Below, in pieces: positions 43,527-56,661 of a DNA stretch of 64,000 nt. Each line of letters starts with the position of its first letter. Within the stretch, counting starts at the first letter, position 1. A model generated the notes under the pieces. The model did not search any database and was not told where the DNA came from. It saw only the letters and a list, made by a program, of their open reading frames with translations. The stretch comes from Eledone cirrhosa (lineage: Eukaryota), in contig OZ024747.1 in assembly GCA_964016885.1 (NCBI GenBank), positions 68,758,001 to 68,822,000 of the forward strand, in the 5' to 3' direction. The position numbers and the translations under genes are program-made.

Positions 43527-44529
43527 TACATATACACATATACATATATATATACATATATATATATACACACAATCATACACTCTTATTTACATGCGCC
43601 CATATGTATTTTTATACTCACATACAAACACCCAAACATACATACCTACCTACATATACATACATACATCAACGCTTACAAATACAAATAATAATAGTAG
43701 GGGGGGGGGATTATAGTAAATATAGGTTTCAAGAAACATAGAATATTAATCTGCATTTAGATCATAATATGTGTTTACATAGTTTCAGTATTAGGAAATG
43801 TAAGAAAGAAGGCAAAATTATGCATTTCAATATAATTATACCATTAACCATAGGTTAACTAAATTAAGGATAGTTAATATATTGATTTCTAAGGTGTATA
43901 CTACTTAGGTTTATAATATTTGAAGCGGAATTTTGAAGTTAAATAGTAGTAGAGTATTAATAATAGTATAACTAAATTAAAATTATTAACGTTATGGTAT
44001 CAATATTAGGAAATGAATTTAGTAATAGGGAAAAAACAAATAAAGTATTACATCGGTAGTAGAATATAAATTATAGGTTAACTAAATTAAAAATTATATA
44101 TTAATTTCTATAGTATATGTTAATTAGGTTTATAATAATTAAAACAGATATTGTATTTTATATATTGTATCTCTATTTATATATGTATATATGTGTATGT
44201 ATATCCCTTTATTTATGTATGTCTGAGTTGTGTGAGCGTGTGGTGGTGTTTGTATGTATATACGCTTACATGGATGTGTATGTATGTGTATATATGCGTA
44301 TATGTATGTGTGTATGTGTGTGTGAGTATATATGTATGTCTATGTATGAGTATGTATGTGTGTCTATGTATGTGTGTATATATATGTGTGTGTATATGTA
44401 TATATATGTATATATATATGTATATATATATATATATATATATTTATTATGTGTGTGTGTGTGTGTATATATATCTTTATATATATATGTATGCGTATGT
44501 GTGTGTATGTATGTGTCTATATATATATA

Positions 44530-44560
<31 letters not shown>

Positions 44561-44618
44561 GTGTATATGTATGTGTCTATATATATATATATATGTGTGT
44601 ATATATATATATATATAT

Positions 44619-46043
44619 GAATATAGACATAGAATATTCGAAAATATTCTGTATGTTTATAATAAACATTTTGAAGACCTAATCGCTATAGAATAGAATA
44701 CGTCACGTATTACAATTAGATTCTCGATAAAAGCAAGGGAAGTAATCTACGCGTTTCATTCTCGTTAGAAATCATCAGGACTACATATCCAGTGCTTTTA
44801 TCGAGAATGACACAGCTAGAGACTTATAGAATACTTAGCTGTGTACAGGAACTGGTTTGAAAGAGCGGTTGCCGGTCCGGCAGAAATTAGAAATTGGAAT
44901 AAATGCTCTGAAATAGCGATATATATGTGAATATAGACATAGAATATTCGAAAATATTCTGTATGTTTATAATAAACATTTTGAAGACCTAATCGCTATA
45001 GAATAGAATACGTCACGTATTACAATTAGATTCTCGATAAAAGCAAGGGAAGTAATCTACGCGTTTCATTCTCGTTAGAAATCATCAGGACTACATATCC
45101 AGTGCTTTTATCGAGAATGACACAGCTAGAGACTTATAGAATACTTAGCTGTGTACAGGAACTGGTTTGAAAGAGCGGTTGCCGGTCCGGCAGAAATTAG
45201 AAATTGGAATAAATGCTCTGAAATAGCGATATATATGTGAATATAGACATAGAATATTCGAAAATATTCTGTATGTTTATAATAAACATTTTGAAGACCT
45301 AATCGCTATAGAATAGAATACGTCACGTATTACAATTAGATTCTCGATAAAAGCAAGGGAAGTAATCTACGCGTTTCATTCTCGTTAGAAATCATCAGGA
45401 CTACATATCCAGTGCTTTTATCGAGAATGACACAGCTAGAGACTTATAGAATACTTAGCTGTGTACAGGAACTGGTTTGAAAGAGCGGTTGCCGGTCCGG
45501 CAGAAATTAGAAATTGGAATAAATGCTCTGAAATAGCGATATATATGTGAATATAGACATAGAATATTCGAAAATATTCTGTATGTTTATAATAAACATT
45601 TTGAAGACCTAATCGCTATAGAATAGAATACGTCACGTATTACAATTAGATTCTCGATAAAAGCAAGGGAAGTAATCTACGCGTTTCATTCTCGTTAGAA
45701 ATCATCAGGACTACATATCCAGTGCTTTTATCGAGAATGACACAGCTAGAGACTTATAGAATACTTAGCTGTGTACAGGAACTGGTTTGAAAGAGCGGTT
45801 GCCGGTCCGGCAGAAATTAGAAATTGGAATAAATGCTCTGAAATAGCGATATATATGTGAATATAGACATAGAATATTCGAAAATATTCTGTATGTTTAT
45901 AATAAACATTTTGAAGACCTAATCGCTATAGAATAGAATACGTCACGTATTACAATTAGATTCTCGATAAAAGCAAGGGAAGTAATCTACGCGTTTCATT
46001 CTCGTTAGAAATCATCAGGACTACATATCCAGTGCTTTTATCG
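44619..46043 (-). mobile_element. Retrozyme-like 310-bp tandem array, 4.6 copies; HHRs at 44721-44807, 45031-45117, 45341-45427, 45651-45737, 45961-46043
   Basis: unit starts at 44621, 44931, 45241, 45551, 45861; copies appear identical. Confidence 0.92.
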
Positions 46044-47022
46044 TATGTCTATATTCACATATATATCGCTATTTCAGAGCATTTATTCCAATTTCTAATT
46101 TCTGCCGGACCGGCAACCGCTCTTTCAAACCAGTTCCTGTACACAGCTAAGTATTCTATAAGTCTCTAGCTGTGTCATTCTCGATAAAAGCACTGGATAT
46201 GTAGTCCTGATGATTTCTAACGAGAATGAAACGCGTAGATTACTTCCCTTGCTTTTATCGAGAATCTAATTGTAATACGTGACGTATTCTATTCTATAGC
46301 GATTAGGTCTTCAAAATGTTTATTATAAACATACAGAATATTTTCGAATATTCTATGTCTATATTCACATATATATCGCTATTTCAGAGCATTTATTCCA
46401 ATTTCTAATTTCTGCCGGACCGGCAACCGCTCTTTCAAACCAGTTCCTGTACACAGCTAAGTATTCTATAAGTCTCTAGCTGTGTCATTCTCGATAAAAG
46501 CACTGGATATGTAGTCCTGATGATTTCTAACGAGAATGAAACGCGTAGATTACTTCCCTTGCTTTTATCGAGAATCTAATTGTAATACGTGACGTATTCT
46601 ATTCTATAGCGATTAGGTCTTCAAAATGTTTATTATAAACATACAGAATATTTTCGAATATTCTATGTCTATATTCACATATATATCGCTATTTCAGAGC
46701 ATTTATTCCAATTTCTAATTTCTGCCGGACCGGCAACCGCTCTTTCAAACCAGTTCCTGTACACAGCTAAGTATTCTATAAGTCTCTAGCTGTGTCATTC
46801 TCGATAAAAGCACTGGATATGTAGTCCTGATGATTTCTAACGAGAATGAAACGCGTAGATTACTTCCCTTGCTTTTATCGAGAATCTAATTGTAATACGT
46901 GACGTATTCTATTCTATAGCGATTAGGTCTTCAAAATGTTTATTATAAACATACAGAATATTTTCGAATATTCCATGTCTATATTCACATATATATCGCT
47001 ATTTCAGAGCATTTATTCCAAT

Positions 47023-47024
<2 letters not shown>
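46044..47024 (+). mobile_element. Retrozyme-like 310-bp tandem array, 3.2 copies; HHRs at 46178-46264, 46488-46574, 46798-46884
   Basis: reverse complement of the left array; starts at 46044, 46354, 46664, 46974. Confidence 0.92.
46178..46264 (+). ncRNA. Type-I hammerhead with extended stem I (representative of 8 copies); predicted cleavage after 46237
   Basis: uucucgauaaaagca..gga uau guaguc CUGAUGA u uucu aacg agaa u GAAA cgcg UA gauuac u ucc..ugcuuuuaucgagaa. Confidence 0.92.
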
Positions 47025-47060
<36 letters not shown>

Positions 47061-47075
47061 ATATATATGTGTATA

Positions 47076-47130
<55 letters not shown>

Positions 47131-47186
47131 GTGGGTATGTATGTGTATGTGTGTATATACATGAGTGTGTTTATATATGTTTGTAG

Positions 47187-47291
<105 letters not shown>

Positions 47292-48235
47292 TATACGTGT
47301 GTTGTGAATGTACGTGTATATATATGTATGCGTATATGTGTATATATATATATATATGTGTGTATATGTGTATATGTCTATGTATTTATATGTGTATATG
47401 TATGTGTCTCTATATGTATGCGGGTGTGTATGTATATGTGTATTTATATGGTGTGTGTATGTATATGTATGTGTATGTATGTGTTTGTGTATATGTGTAT
47501 ATATATGTATGTATGTGTATGTATGTGTATATATGTATATATATATATATATATGTATATGTATGTATATCGATGTATATTTTATATTTACTTGTTTATA
47601 CATGTGTGTGTATGTATATATTATATATATATATATTTTCTTGATATATTTCTTTTTTCTTTTTCTTTTCTTTTTATTTCTAAGTTTATAGATACATTTA
47701 TAAATAGGCAGTCTGCTGACACCGGTGAATACTGACCTCTCCCCCCCCACCTACTTTCTGTATCTGGATCTAAATGTGTGTGGCAGTGTTTATGTGCGCG
47801 CATTAATATCCATATGCTTATGATAATAGTATATACACACATATATATGTGTGTGGGGGTGTATGTGTGTATGTATGTTCGTGGTTGTGTATGTGTTTGC
47901 GTATACCCGCGTCTGTGTGTGAATGTACGTATATGTGTGAGTATATGAATGTGTGTATATATTTATTTTATATTTATATATGTGGGTACGTATTTTATCT
48001 GTAGATTATAAACATACAGAGACATTAGCCTTGAATTTTTGTATTTACATACATCTTTTTGGCAAGCGTATGCATGTGAACATATATCTTTATGCATATC
48101 TGTGAACGAAGTTACTTATATGAATATATACACACACCTAACTGTATAAACTTTTTGTATTTTCATTGGTCAATTTGAACTCTGTTCCCAAACAGACCTC
48201 TAATTTTGAATTGTTGTTATTATCAATAAATATAT

Positions 48236-48441
48236 TTCATTATTTCTGAAGACGGCATATATATGTGTTTGGTATACTCTTTTACTCTTTTACCTGTTTC
48301 AGCCATCCGGCTGAGGCCATTCTGGGGCATATTTAATTTTGATAGTTTGTATAATTTTGTATAATTTTGTACATAGATCTGTTGAATATGCATGCCAATT
48401 CTAACACATATGTATCCTAGAAACGATCGTTAAATAATGAA
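48236..48441 (+). ncRNA. Hammerhead with 167-nt stem II domain
   Basis: uucauuauuu CUGAAGA [48253-48419] GAAA cgaucg UU aaauaaugaa. Confidence 0.72.
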
Positions 48442-48653
48442 CTTTTTTTGTTTAATATAAGGAACTGCTTCATTGTTTTATTCATTATTTTTTAATATTT
48501 TATATATATATATATATATATCATCATCATCATCATGATTTTACGTCTGCTTTTCCCTGCTTGCAAGGGTATATATATATATGTATATAATATATATTTA
48601 TTAAAATAACAGTTTAAGCAAAGAATCGCTGGTTTCACCCTAACGGGATCTTC

Positions 48654-48723
<70 letters not shown>

Positions 48724-49227
48724 TAAATTAAAAATCGATAGACATATATACATATAAAATAAACACATCAAACAATTACAGGGGATAATTTGTAAAGAGT
48801 GTAAACACACATAGTTACGGAGGTGACATTAAAAATTAACAAGAATCCTGAATATAGATAGCTTGCAATAATGATTAATCTCCTTTGTATATATTCCATT
48901 AAAGAAATATATTTCACCATTAATCGGTGAATCACAGATGTTAAATCTTGGATCATCGGCAAAGGAGAAGATTTAACTATGATTACACACTTAAAGCAAA
49001 CCAGGAAATGACGATGAAATGCACATGTGGTTTTAAAAATACACATCGTCCGCCATCAAGCCAGTGGCTTGAATGGTGTTATCGACCGCTAAAAATAGCA
49101 GCCGAGTCCTTTCAACAGAATAAGTTCTACTAACAGAATATATAGGAGCCGTAAATGCTACCAAAATTAAATTAAAGATGTCCTGTCTGAGAATATCAGA
49201 AACATGTGCCATACCATCTGTAAATTA

Positions 49228-49500
49228 TATATATTGTTATACTTTGTGTCATGCTGCCAATAAAAACACACGCACAAATTGGTTTTCACTTCAATTTGTT
49301 GTAAATTTCCGGTGGGTTGGTTGGTTTGATAACTGGATGGTTGTTCATATATTGTCAAAGCTCTTTCGTCACACATTCTGTCGCCTCCTCAATGTCTAGT
49401 CCGCATGCATTACATCCGGGTGTGTGTGCGAGTTTGTATTTATGTGTTTATTTACTTGTCACTAGTTAGTTGTTTGTTCTATCTCCCAAAGTATAACAAT
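49228..49500 (-). mobile_element. Degenerate Neptune-like pLTR
   Basis: homologous to 32730-33090; HHR core decayed. Confidence 0.75.
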
Positions 49501-50087
49501 GACACTAACCTTAACCTTTTGGTTTTCCTCCTTTACATAATAAATTTCCTCCTGACATAATAAGAATTTAGATTTGAGCTATGAAAATACAGAGTATGAG
49601 GTATAGAACCACTTTCTGGCTTTAAATACACAACAGTAGGCTCCAAAAACAGACAAATAAAAAGGCGGGAAATATCATGTTTTGGTCACATGATTCACGA
49701 AACCAGCAATTTCCATCAATGAAATTACTACTAAACTGTTTAGAAAAGTTGCGCTGGTGAGCTTACTTTTGAGGTATTTACCTGCTGACTCATTTATATA
49801 TATATTGTAATGCCTCCGCCATTTTTTCGCAGATGTGTGATGAAAGAACTTTGATAGACTATATATATATATTTATATCTGTATTTTTAACCGTTGGTCA
49901 ATCAATAACATACATTAATTGGCAGATAAATTAACTATGGAGATATAAAAGATACAGAAGCGAAAACCAACCCAAACCAAACAGTGAGTGTGTTCTGTTA
50001 TTATTTCTGGCAATATTATAACAATATAACCCTCCCCAAGTATAACAATATTTGTTTCAACACGATTTCATATCAAAAACCTTGCGA

Positions 50088-50136
<49 letters not shown>

Positions 50137-50485
50137 ATTTTAATCATTGTTTATCAATCTTTCTATTTATCCATCTATCTACCTGCTATGAATAAAACTG
50201 AAAACATGTTTAGTTATTGATTTTCGATTGCGAATTACCTTAGCCCTAACTCTAACCCTTCAGTTTTTCTCCATTACCACGTCCTGACATAATGAGAATT
50301 TAGATTTGAGCTATGAAAATACAGACTATGAGGTATAGAACAGCTTTCTGCCTTTAAATACACAGCAGTAGGTTCCAAAAACAGTAAGATAAAAAGGCGG
50401 GAATATCATGTTGTGGTCACATGATTCAGGGAACCAGCAATTTCCACCAATGAAATTACTGCTAAATTGTTTAGAGAAGTTGCCT
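49500..50485. repeat. ~250-bp direct repeat (49500-49755 and 50235-50485) flanking a PLE pLTR fragment (~49830-50095, +)
   Basis: ctgacataat.agaatttagatttgagctatgaaaatacaga twice. Confidence 0.8.
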
Positions 50486-50546
50486 ATTTTCAGGTATCTA
50501 CTTGCTTGCTTATATATATATATAAATATATTTATATATATATATT

Positions 50547-50581
<35 letters not shown>

Positions 50582-50650
50582 ACATTTATATATATATATA
50601 TATTTATATATAATATTAATAAATAGAAAATATCTTTATAAAACCATATT

Positions 50651-50711
50651 TATTTTATTATACGTATTTCAAGGGTACTAATATTTAAGTACGCTTTCGT
50701 CAGATAAAATA
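50651..50711 (-). ncRNA. Minimal type-I hammerhead (3' pLTR)
   Basis: uauuuuau CUGACGA aagcguacu uaaauauu aguacccuu GAAA uacgua UA auaaaaua. Confidence 0.88.
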
Positions 50712-50714
50712 TAA

Positions 50715-50898
50715 TTATTTCTACTTTTGGCACAAGGCCAGCAATTATCCCAGTACATTACTGGTACTTTATTTTATCGACCCCGTAAGGATGAAAGGCA
50801 AAGTTAACCTCGGCGGGATTTGAACTCAGACCATAAAGGGCCGTAACTCTTTGCTGCAAAGCATGGCGTCCGACCCTCTACCGATACTGCCAATCCAC
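50715..50898 (-). mobile_element. SINE family A with TSD cagataaaatata
   Basis: TSD at 50701 and 50898. Confidence 0.85.
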
Positions 50899-52019
50899 AG
50901 ATAAAATATAATAATTGGTGTTAAGATAGTGATATGTCTTCATGTGAACTTAATGGTATAAGTCTAGTGAAGATAGTGAATAGCAAGGTTCAACACTCAA
51001 GGGATATATGCTAATGAGGATAACGTTAAAACTGAAAAAACCCGTTAAGTTTAGATGCTAGATAAATATTAAATACTTATTTAAATTTTTTTTAAGGGTT
51101 TGCTATTATAGGTTGAAAAATTATTGTAGAGTCATTTTAGAGTTAGTTATAGAAATATACATATATATATGCACCCAAAGATATATACATGAGTTTAGAA
51201 AGAATGACATAATTATACTTATTTATTTATTTAATTTTTAAATATATATTTTAAGAATATGGATATATTTATAATATTTAGATGAGAATTATAATATATT
51301 GTATTAAATTATAAACTATTAATTCATTAAAGCAATTACAACAATATAATATGTGAATGAATATACACCGTATTTACATATACGAGTACATTTATTTTTT
51401 TGCATATATTTTAATACTATGAATGTAGTTATAAATATAATGTATTGTAGTATAAAAAATAAGTAATTATTTAGTACATAAATGATTATGCCTGAATATA
51501 GATCTTATTTAAGCATATATATACATAGAATTATAAAGGAGCGCAGGATAGATCAAGTAATAATATATATGTATTTTGTATATATACTTTAAGAATGTGA
51601 AAGTAATTATATTTTTTAAGTAAAAATGTATAGTATTATGGTATAATCTATTATTGCATATGGTTAGTAATATAATATTTAAACATGTATGCAAGTTGAA
51701 ATGTCTTGTATATGTGAATTGTAAGTAAAGAAATTTTTGGGGAGATAATTTAGTATTTTAAAGAATGTTTACGATAGATATATTGTTTCATCTAATGTTT
51801 AACCTAATAATTAATTATAATTAATATTATAATATAAGTAAATAGTTCATATAAGATTTCAGAGCACCATATAGTAAATATGGTTTTGATAATAGTGTTT
51901 TACATTGTATAAGAAATATTTCTATGTATAAATTTAAAAACATTTAAAAACAATTAAAAATATATTGTACATAGGCAACTTATATAAACCACAGTGTAAT
52001 AGGTTCTATAAATGATAAA

Positions 52020-54473
52020 TATTGTGAAATGTTCTGGAGAATCGATGCAAACAAGAATTAAATATTTCCCTTTTTTTTTTGTTAATAATATTACCAGGAT
52101 TAGTAATCATATGAAAGATTTCTTCAATACAGAGATGACAAATTCTTGAGAGTGCCATATTTTGGTAAACCGGCGCATTCGATATTTTTCTCCAAGAGAT
52201 TGAATAGTCAGTGTTATTGTCTTTTAAAGACCAAATTAATAGTGATAGTGAGGTTGAGAATTTTTTATCCGATTGTTTGAAAATATGTTTATGATTATAC
52301 CAATGCTCCTTAAATTTTGAAGAAGTTGCTCCTATATAGTTATATAATCTATCTCTAGTTTTTATGGTGCATTTGTATACTAATTTTCTATCAAAGCAAT
52401 TATTCTATAAAGGGCATTATATGTTATTTCTGCAATTACATTTCCTTATATTGCTATTTGAAGATACCGTATTATTATTCATGTATTCGCTATTATTATT
52501 ATTCGTAATGTTATTAATTATATTGTTATTGTCATTTGAGTTTACTTCGGTTGGGTTTAATTTCAAATTCCTATTATTAATTCTAGCAATATTCTAGCAA
52601 TATTCATAGTTGTAGAGTAAGAGAGCTTGACTGTATGTCTGTTAAAAATGGAGTGATACTTATGGGAGTTAGGAAAAGATTTATCTAGAGCTTTAAAGAA
52701 TTGGTGTGCTAAATTCCTAATGAAATTGGAGGTGAATACCAAATTATATTTCTAGTTCTGGCTTTTTTATATGATTTATTATTTTGCTTAATTTGTTTAA
52801 ATTTATTATTATTATAATAAACTTTAGGAGGTTGGTTTATACTATTCTTATCTATGTAGTTAATTTTATTAGTGTATCCAGCTCTGTGTATAGCGTCATT
52901 GTAGTATTCTGCTTTGTTATCAAATATATTTTTATTAGCTGTTGGACACTATTAAGTATAGCTTTTTTTAACATTTCTATGGTGGTTAGAGTAGAAGCTA
53001 ACATAGTTTAGATTCTCATTAATCTTATGGAATGGGTAATATAGGCCAGAGTTAAGGTTTAGTGTAACGTCTAAGAAATTAACAATTTTATTATCGTTTT
53101 CTATTTCTAACTTAATTATTAAAGAAGTCTATAATAATTTTCTTTTTTCTGCTAAGTTCACTATTGTTATGTTTATCAACTATAAATAACGCATCATCAC
53201 GATATAAACTTCCGCCAATTTCCTATGTAAGGCGTTAAGAATGAAGATGCTAATGAGGTCTGTAATCTGAGCTGAGTCGTAATAATTCTTCGGTCTATCA
53301 GCTCTAGTCCAGAGATCGTTGTTAAATTCAATAAGAGTTTTTCGTGCAGTTAATATATATAATGTTTATTTCTTCGCTAGATAAGTCAGTATGCTTGGAT
53401 GCGTATATTAGTGCTTTATTACGTCCGCTTTTTCCCTGCTTGCAAGGGTGGGACGGGAACTGATTCTGGCTTGATTTCCTAACACCAATCTCATTTACAG
53501 TGGCACCTCCACGACCACTTTACAGTGGAATGATAGGGACCCCAGTCCCTACCATCTCATTTCTACAGCTGAGTAAACTGGAGCAATGTGAAATAAAGTG
53601 TCTTGCTCAAGGAAACAACACATCACCCGGTCTGAGAATTGAACTCACAACCTTTCGATTGCAAGGCCAACGCTCTAACCACTAAGCCATGTGCCTCCAT
53701 AGAGTTATTGAAGAATAATAATTAGCTATATTCATTTGTATAAATTTAGTCTTATTTTTAGATTTAATGCTTACAAATCAATCTATTACTTCATTTGTAC
53801 CATTCCAAAGCTTGAGATATAATTTTTGTTTGAGTATTGGTATAATTCTATCAAGCATATTTTTACTAATAATTCCTAGATCGTATTTAGACGGTGCTAT
53901 AAGTCTGACTGGTAGTTCTGCTTCAAAATTTCTTTTATGGTCTTTCATATTTATTTTCGGTTGCCTTGGAGATAATTTCAAAAGCTTCTTTGTTTAAGGT
54001 TGATAGATCTTCTTTACAGGTTTTTTAAATAATTTTTTCTAAGTTCTTTCAGTATTAAATTATTGTAGTCTTCCTTTTCAATTCCATATAAGTTATTATT
54101 TTTGTCAGATTTAACGAGGATCTTATTTGTTTTTTTCAAGTTATCCATTTTATGTTTGAGGCCTTTGAGGTATTCCTGGCTTCTGTAAGTTTTTTTTTTA
54201 AAAATTAATACCCTGTATTATACTTATTAGTTCATTTTCGAACTCAGCTAAAATTTTATTGAATGGTGGATTCTTCCTGGATTTAGATATAAGATCGAAG
54301 TTATATTTAGAATTGATCTTTTCAGCTCTTGATTTCTTTTCAAAATGGAAAGCACGCCAGTGGAGTCTTCTTATGAAAGAATCTGATTTTTCAATTAACT
54401 GTTTCATGTATTCCTTATTAGTTGGTAAAGGTACATCCTTGAGAGATGAAGAGATCTTAAAATATTTCATCAT
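52020..54473 (-). pseudogene. PLE reverse transcriptase + GIY-YIG endonuclease, multiple stops and frameshifts
   Basis: SLKDVPLP..FIRRLHWRAF; KDHK..PVRLI; GSLYRDDAL near 53200; CNCR..CPL..C, LVYKC..YIGAT..FK..WYNH near 52300-52440. Confidence 0.85.
53420..53700 (-). mobile_element. SINE family B with RTE-derived 3' tail, inserted in the PLE ORF
   Basis: head matches 22078; tail matches the RTE 3' end at ~105-135. Confidence 0.85.
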
Positions 54474-54974
54474 TTATTATAATCTGTTATAGAGTAAAGC
54501 GCTCTACTTAAAGGAGCTAAGTATAGACAATGAGTTATATGGTCTGTTGATTATCAACAAAGTTAATTTTACAACAGAAGCAGTCTACAGTTTTTTCTGG
54601 AGTATTATTAATATTAATAATATTGATAAATGGGAAATATCTTTATAAAACCATATTTATTTTATTATACTTATTTCAAGGGTACTAATATTTAAGTACG
54701 CTTTTGTCAGATAAAATATATATATATATACATATACATGTATATATATATAATATATATATATACATATATGTATACATATATATACATATATATACAT
54801 ATCATCATCATCATCATCAACGTTTAACGTCCGTGTTCCACGCTTGCATGGGTTTGGAATATATATATATACATATATATATACATATATATATACATAT
54901 ATATATATAATATATATGTTGATTTAAAACTGCACTATTCACAAGTGTTTTTTAACCTTCATATCATGTCTCTC

Positions 54975-55045
54975 TATTTTATCTGACGAAAACGCAAATG
55001 TTATCGCATGATGATATTTGTTTTTGAAATGCGCATAATAAAATA
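54975..55045 (+). ncRNA. Minimal type-I hammerhead
   Basis: uauuuuau CUGACGA aaacgcaaauguuauc gcau gaugauauuuguuuuu GAAA ugcgca UA auaaaaua. Confidence 0.85.
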
Positions 55046-55171
55046 CATGGAACTCTTTTAACCATCTTTTGATCTTATATTATTTATACTCCAGTCCTAC
55101 AAACTGTAGAGTGCTACTTATCCGATATCTGCATTGTTTTATTGTACTACAATAAAACTCACCTCCTACAT

Positions 55172-55223
<52 letters not shown>

Positions 55224-55323
55224 CATATACATATATATATGATATATATATTATATAAATATCATGTTCATAAATATCAGGTTCATTGGGTGCATTTTTC
55301 ATGTCAGCAGCACTGTATACATG

Positions 55324-55430
<107 letters not shown>

Positions 55431-55710
55431 AACACAAAGAGATATTTAATTTGTTGGTTATTCAACAAATTTATTTATAACAGATTCGAAGCACTCTATA
55501 GATTTCTTCAGGATTTGATCCATACAATTATATTTCCCTTAAACATTTACATTTACCTAGTGTCTAAATATAATGATCTTTTTCAACTGTACGTTTAGCC
55601 TAATTAACATATTCATACTAAGATTTGAAATTTCTTTCACTATCCAAACTGAACTTAAAACGATAAATTCTTGTTATTTGGACATGTCAATATTTTTAAA
55701 ACAACTTTTG

Positions 55711-55768
55711 TATTTTATCTGATGAGGGCGTACCAATTTGTTACCTTTGAAATATATATAATAAAATA
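55711..55768 (+). ncRNA. Minimal type-I hammerhead (pLTR family of 50651)
   Basis: uauuuuau CUGAUGA gggcguac..uuaccuuu GAAA uauaua UA auaaaaua. Confidence 0.75.
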
Positions 55769-55809
55769 AATATGGTTTTATAAATATAGTTTCCATTTAT
55801 TAATATCAT

Positions 55810-55847
<38 letters not shown>

Positions 55848-56383
55848 CAATGACGATAGACATCGTGATTTCTTCAGACAGCAAAAATTGATTAAAATAG
55901 TTTTCTAGACTTCTAACTTTTAACATTTAACATCTGAAATTTAGAATTTTTGGGGATTTTCAGGTTGTGAAAGCTTAAATATTTTCTATGATAAGTTATA
56001 TTAACCATAGCAGTAGGTAACTTTCTCACTTTGAGGTTGATGGTCTGTATATTATCCTGCCATAAACGGGTAGTGGGTACGAATGCACTAAAATTCTGCT
56101 GGTCACCAAAGCTAGCAGTAAATAAATTTTGGCTGATTTGAGCTCCCACTGACCATATCGAGTTGGTAGGAGACTGGTAGCTAGAGAGAACAAATAAGGT
56201 TGGTGGTAGTCTTTGTTGTAGTTGTGTGGTCAGCCACCCACACCCCTGTGACTATGCAGGGCTGTCGGGATGTTCTGAAAGTTAGAAGGGAGCAGACACT
56301 CAAAGCAAAAACATGCACATTTTTTTAGTCTGCTCCCTTCCACTCAAAATTCCCTCGGAAATGTTACCTTTTAATCAATTTTT

Positions 56384-56434
56384 GCTGTCTGAAGAAATCA
56401 CGATATCTATCATCATTGAAATATATATAACAGC
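56384..56434 (+). ncRNA. Minimal type-I hammerhead; inverted truncated twin at 55837-55897
   Basis: gcugu CUGAAGA aaucacgaua uc uaucaucauu GAAA uauaua UA acagc. Confidence 0.85.
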
Positions 56435-56661
56435 TCAATTAATAAAGGACCCTAATATCTTCAACTTCGCATTTTCCTCTTTATTAATATACTCTGTCAT
56501 CCCTGTTTTTAGGAAGTGATATGACGTTGAGTATATATGTATATATATGAAAAAAATATATATATAAATATATATATATGAAAATATATATATATATGCT
56601 TTCATTAATTAATTAAAGAAACCATATATATGTATATATGCACATAAATGTGTGTATGCAT

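Larger units (their letters stand above)
50620..54720 (-). mobile_element. Apparently full-length, decayed Penelope-like element with direct HHR-bearing pLTRs
   Basis: pLTRs ~50620-50711 and ~54625-54718 flank a broken RT + GIY-YIG ORF. Confidence 0.85.

Noticed and set aside
44619-47024. Ordinary satellite or pure assembly artefact
   Set aside because: Complete HHR in each unit, asymmetric junction, empty site in the sister arm and mismatches between outer arms argue against; exact copy number could still be mis-assembled
48620-48655. Hammerhead-like tgaaga-tccc-gtta-gggt-gaaa (minus strand)
   Set aside because: Truncated by microsatellite; no C3, stem I or valid NUH; relic at best
55470-55520. 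ctgaaga...gaat hammerhead-like motif (minus strand)
   Set aside because: GAAA broken and stems not convincing
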